Position numbers and translations under genes: made by a program
Assembly (NCBI GenBank): GCA_051313645.2
Contig: JBNRSN020000019.1
Location: 16,988,001-17,052,000 of the forward strand
Direction of reading: 5' to 3'
Origin: Centroscyllium fabricii
Lineage: Eukaryota
DNA length: 64,000 bases
In this document: in pieces, positions 61,370 to 64,000 of the stretch
Numbering within the stretch: the stretch's first letter is position 1
Layout: each line of letters begins with the position of its first letter
The notes under the pieces: model-generated
Told to the model about the DNA's origin: nothing
The model's input: only the letters and a program-made list of their open reading frames with translations
Databases searched by the model: none

Positions 61370-63563
61370 GAAATGTAGAGCATAGAAAAATTGGAGCAGG
61401 AGTCGGCCATTTGGCCCTTTGAGCCTGCTCCGCCATTCAATACGATCATGGCTGATCCTCTATCTCAATAGCATATTACCGCTCTCTCCCCATACCCCTT
61501 AATACCTTTTATGTCTAGAAATCTATCTCCTTCTTAAATATATTCAGTGACTTGGCCTCCACAGCCTTCTGTGGTAGAGAATTCCACAGGTTCACCTCCT
61601 CATCTCAGTCCTAAATGTCCTACTCCGTATCCTGACAGACTAGATGCATGACTAGACAGACTAGATGCAGAAAGGATGTTCCCGATGGTCAGAGAGTTCA
61701 GAACCAGGGGTCACAGTCTAAGGATAAGGGGTAAGCCATTTAGGACAGAGATGAGGAGGAATTTCTTCACCCAGAGAGTGGTGAACCTGTGGAATTCTCT
61801 ACCACAGAAGGCCGTAGAGGCCAATTCATTAACTATATTCAAGAAGGAGTTAGATATATTTCTTAAGGCTAAAGGGGGTCAAGGGATATGGAGAGAAGGC
61901 AGGAACAGGGTACTGAATCTGGATGATCAGCCATGATCTCATTGAATGGCAGAGCAGGCTCGAGGGGCCGAATGGCCTACTCCTGCTCCTATCTTCTATG
62001 TTTCTATGAGACTGTGATCCCTCATTCTAGACCCCCCAGCCAGGGGAAACATCCTTCCTGCACCCAGTCTGTCTAGCCCTGTCAGAATTGTATACGTTTC
62101 AATGAGATCCCCTCTCATTCTTCTAAACTCTAGTGAATACAACCTAGTCGATCCAAACTCTCCTCATACGACAGTCCTGCCATCCCAGGAATCAGTCTGG
62201 TGAACCTTCGCTGCACTCCCTCTATGGCAAGTACCCTGTATATTCTTTCTTAGGTAAGGAGACCAAAACTGCACACAGTGCTCCAGGTGTTTTCTCACCA
62301 AGGCCCTGTATAACTGTAGTAAGACATCCTTGCTCCTGTACTCAAATCCTCCTGCAATGAAGGCCAACATACCATTTGCCTTCCTAACTGCTTGCTGCAC
62401 CTACATGTTTGCTTTCAGTGACTGGTGTACAAGGACACCCGGGTCCCTTTGTACATCAACATTTCCCAATCTATCACCATTTAAATAATACTCTGCCTTT
62501 CTGTTTTTCCGAACGAAGTGGATAACTTCACATTTATCCACGTTGTACTGCATCTGCCATGTATTTGCCCACTCACTCAACTTGTCTAAATCACCTTGAA
62601 GCCGCTTTGCATCCTCCTCACAACTCTCAATCCCACCTAGTTTTGTGTCGTCAGCAAACTTGGAAATATTACATTTGGTTCCCTCATCCAAATCATTGAT
62701 ATATATTGTGAATAGCTGGGGCCCAAGCACTGATTACTGCAGTACCCCACTGGTCACCACCTGCCACCCTGAAAAAGACCCATTTATTCCTGCTCTCTTG
62801 TTTCCTGTCTGTTAACCTATTTTCAATCCATGCCAGTATATTACCCCCAATCCCATGTGCTTTAATTCTGCACACTAACCTCTTATGTGGGATTTTCTCA
62901 AAGGCCTTCTAAAAATCTAAATACACCACATCCACTGGTTCTCTCTTATCTATTCTACCAGTTACATCCTCAAAAAACTTCAGTCGGTTTGTCAAACACG
63001 ATTTCCCTTTCATAAATCCGTGTTGACTTTGTCTAATCGCGTTGATATTTTCTAAGTGTCCTATTATCACATCCTTTATAATAGACTCCAGCATTTTCCT
63101 ACTACTGATGTTAGGCTAACCGGTCTGTAGTTCCCTGTTTTCTCTCTCCCTCCATTTTTAAATAGTGGGGTTACATTTGCCATCCTCCAATCTACAGGAA
63201 TTGTTCCATAATCTATAGAATTTTGGAAGATGACAACCAATGCATCCACTATTTCCATGGCTACCTCTTTTAATACTCTGGGATGCAGATTATCAGGCCC
63301 TGGGGATTTATCAGCTTTCAGTCCCATTAATTTCTCCAGCACTATTTTTTTTACTAATACTAATTTCCTTTAATTTCTCCTTCTCACTAGGCCCTTGGTT
63401 CCCTAGCATTTCTGGGAAGTTATTTGTGTCCTCTTCCGCGAAGACAGAACCAAAGTATTTGTTTAATTGCTCTGCCATTTCCTTGTTCCCCATTATAAAT
63501 TCTCCCGTTTCTGACTGTAAGGGACCTGCATTTGTCTTCACTAATCTTTTTCTTTTTACATAC
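61370..63563 (-). mobile_element. CR1 LINE ORF2 fragment with a nested plus-strand CR1 3' end (about 61635-62007)
   Basis: KSPGPDNLHPRVLKE, NYRPVSLTS, KFADDTKLGG and EHCVQFWSP. Confidence 0.9.
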
Positions 63564-64000
63564 TGTGACATTATGAGGTAGGACCCAGGAGCAGAGATGA
63601 AGCAATGATCAACAGATGCCAGTGTAGAGCAAATCAGGGATCTTTACTGGAGAGTCCTCGACAGTACAAAACAACAGAACTAAACTAGAGAACATAACAG
63701 ACTCGAAGCTAGAGCGCAACACAGGCCACTTGAGCTCACGGCAAACAACTCAAGATTCTGCAAAGAGGCATGGCAGCCACCTCCCTTAAGAGAGTGTCTT
63801 AACGAGCCTGATAGAAGGCACCTGAGAGTCATCTAACCTCTGATGAGGCTTAGGGCGCTCTCTGCCACCCTCTGGTGTTCAGATGGAAACGTGACAGTAC
63901 CCGCTCCCCTAGGAGCGGCTCCAGCCGCGGACCCAGGGCGACCACCACGCAGCCTGTTGAAGTAATACAACAGCAGTGTACACACAAATTCAATCCTCCA
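63564..64000 (-). mobile_element. 3' end of a Sushi/chromovirus-like Gypsy element (3' LTR 63564-63896, PPT, end of pol), continuing beyond the window
   Basis: On -, the PPT-like AGGGGAGCGGGTAC precedes the LTR TGTCAC...GTCACA. The upstream frame ends FNRLRGGRPGSAAGAAPRGAGT, resembling chromovirus pol C-termini. Inserted in a CR1. Confidence 0.7.

Overview
This is eukaryotic, repeat-dense vertebrate DNA. The SINE/LINE repertoire (HE1-type V-SINEs, SacSINE1-type DeuSINEs, CR1, Penelope) points to a cartilaginous fish (inference). Two convergent host genes are present: the last coding exon of ETFBKMT (METTL20) on + (8905-9248) and the complete 7-exon AMN1 CDS on - (60401 to 9853; 771 nt = 256 aa + stop; all introns GT-AG). 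Their stop codons are about 600 bp apart. Most of the rest, especially the 32.7-kb AMN1 intron 3, is nested transposable elements: CR1, L2, RTE and Rex1/Babar LINEs, Penelope fragments carrying minimal hammerhead ribozyme motifs, SINEs, about ten TA-flanked pogo/Tigger-like MITEs (many with NRF1/YY1-like motifs), Harbinger and hAT MITEs, two solo LTRs and three Gypsy-type LTR elements. The most unusual signal is a young Gypsy element (45772-50212). It has no tRNA primer-binding site; instead a 13-nt segment right after the 5' LTR is perfectly complementary to the LTR's own poly(A)-signal region, which suggests self-priming. Its RT carries YLDN in place of YxDD. Other highlights are the hammerheads, a 30-nt locally templated filler in a Penelope junction, a three-family chimeric retro-insertion and a periodic ZNF143-type motif array at the AMN1 promoter. 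All family assignments come from recognised motifs, not database searches. Most short ORFs in the track are spurious or TE fragments.
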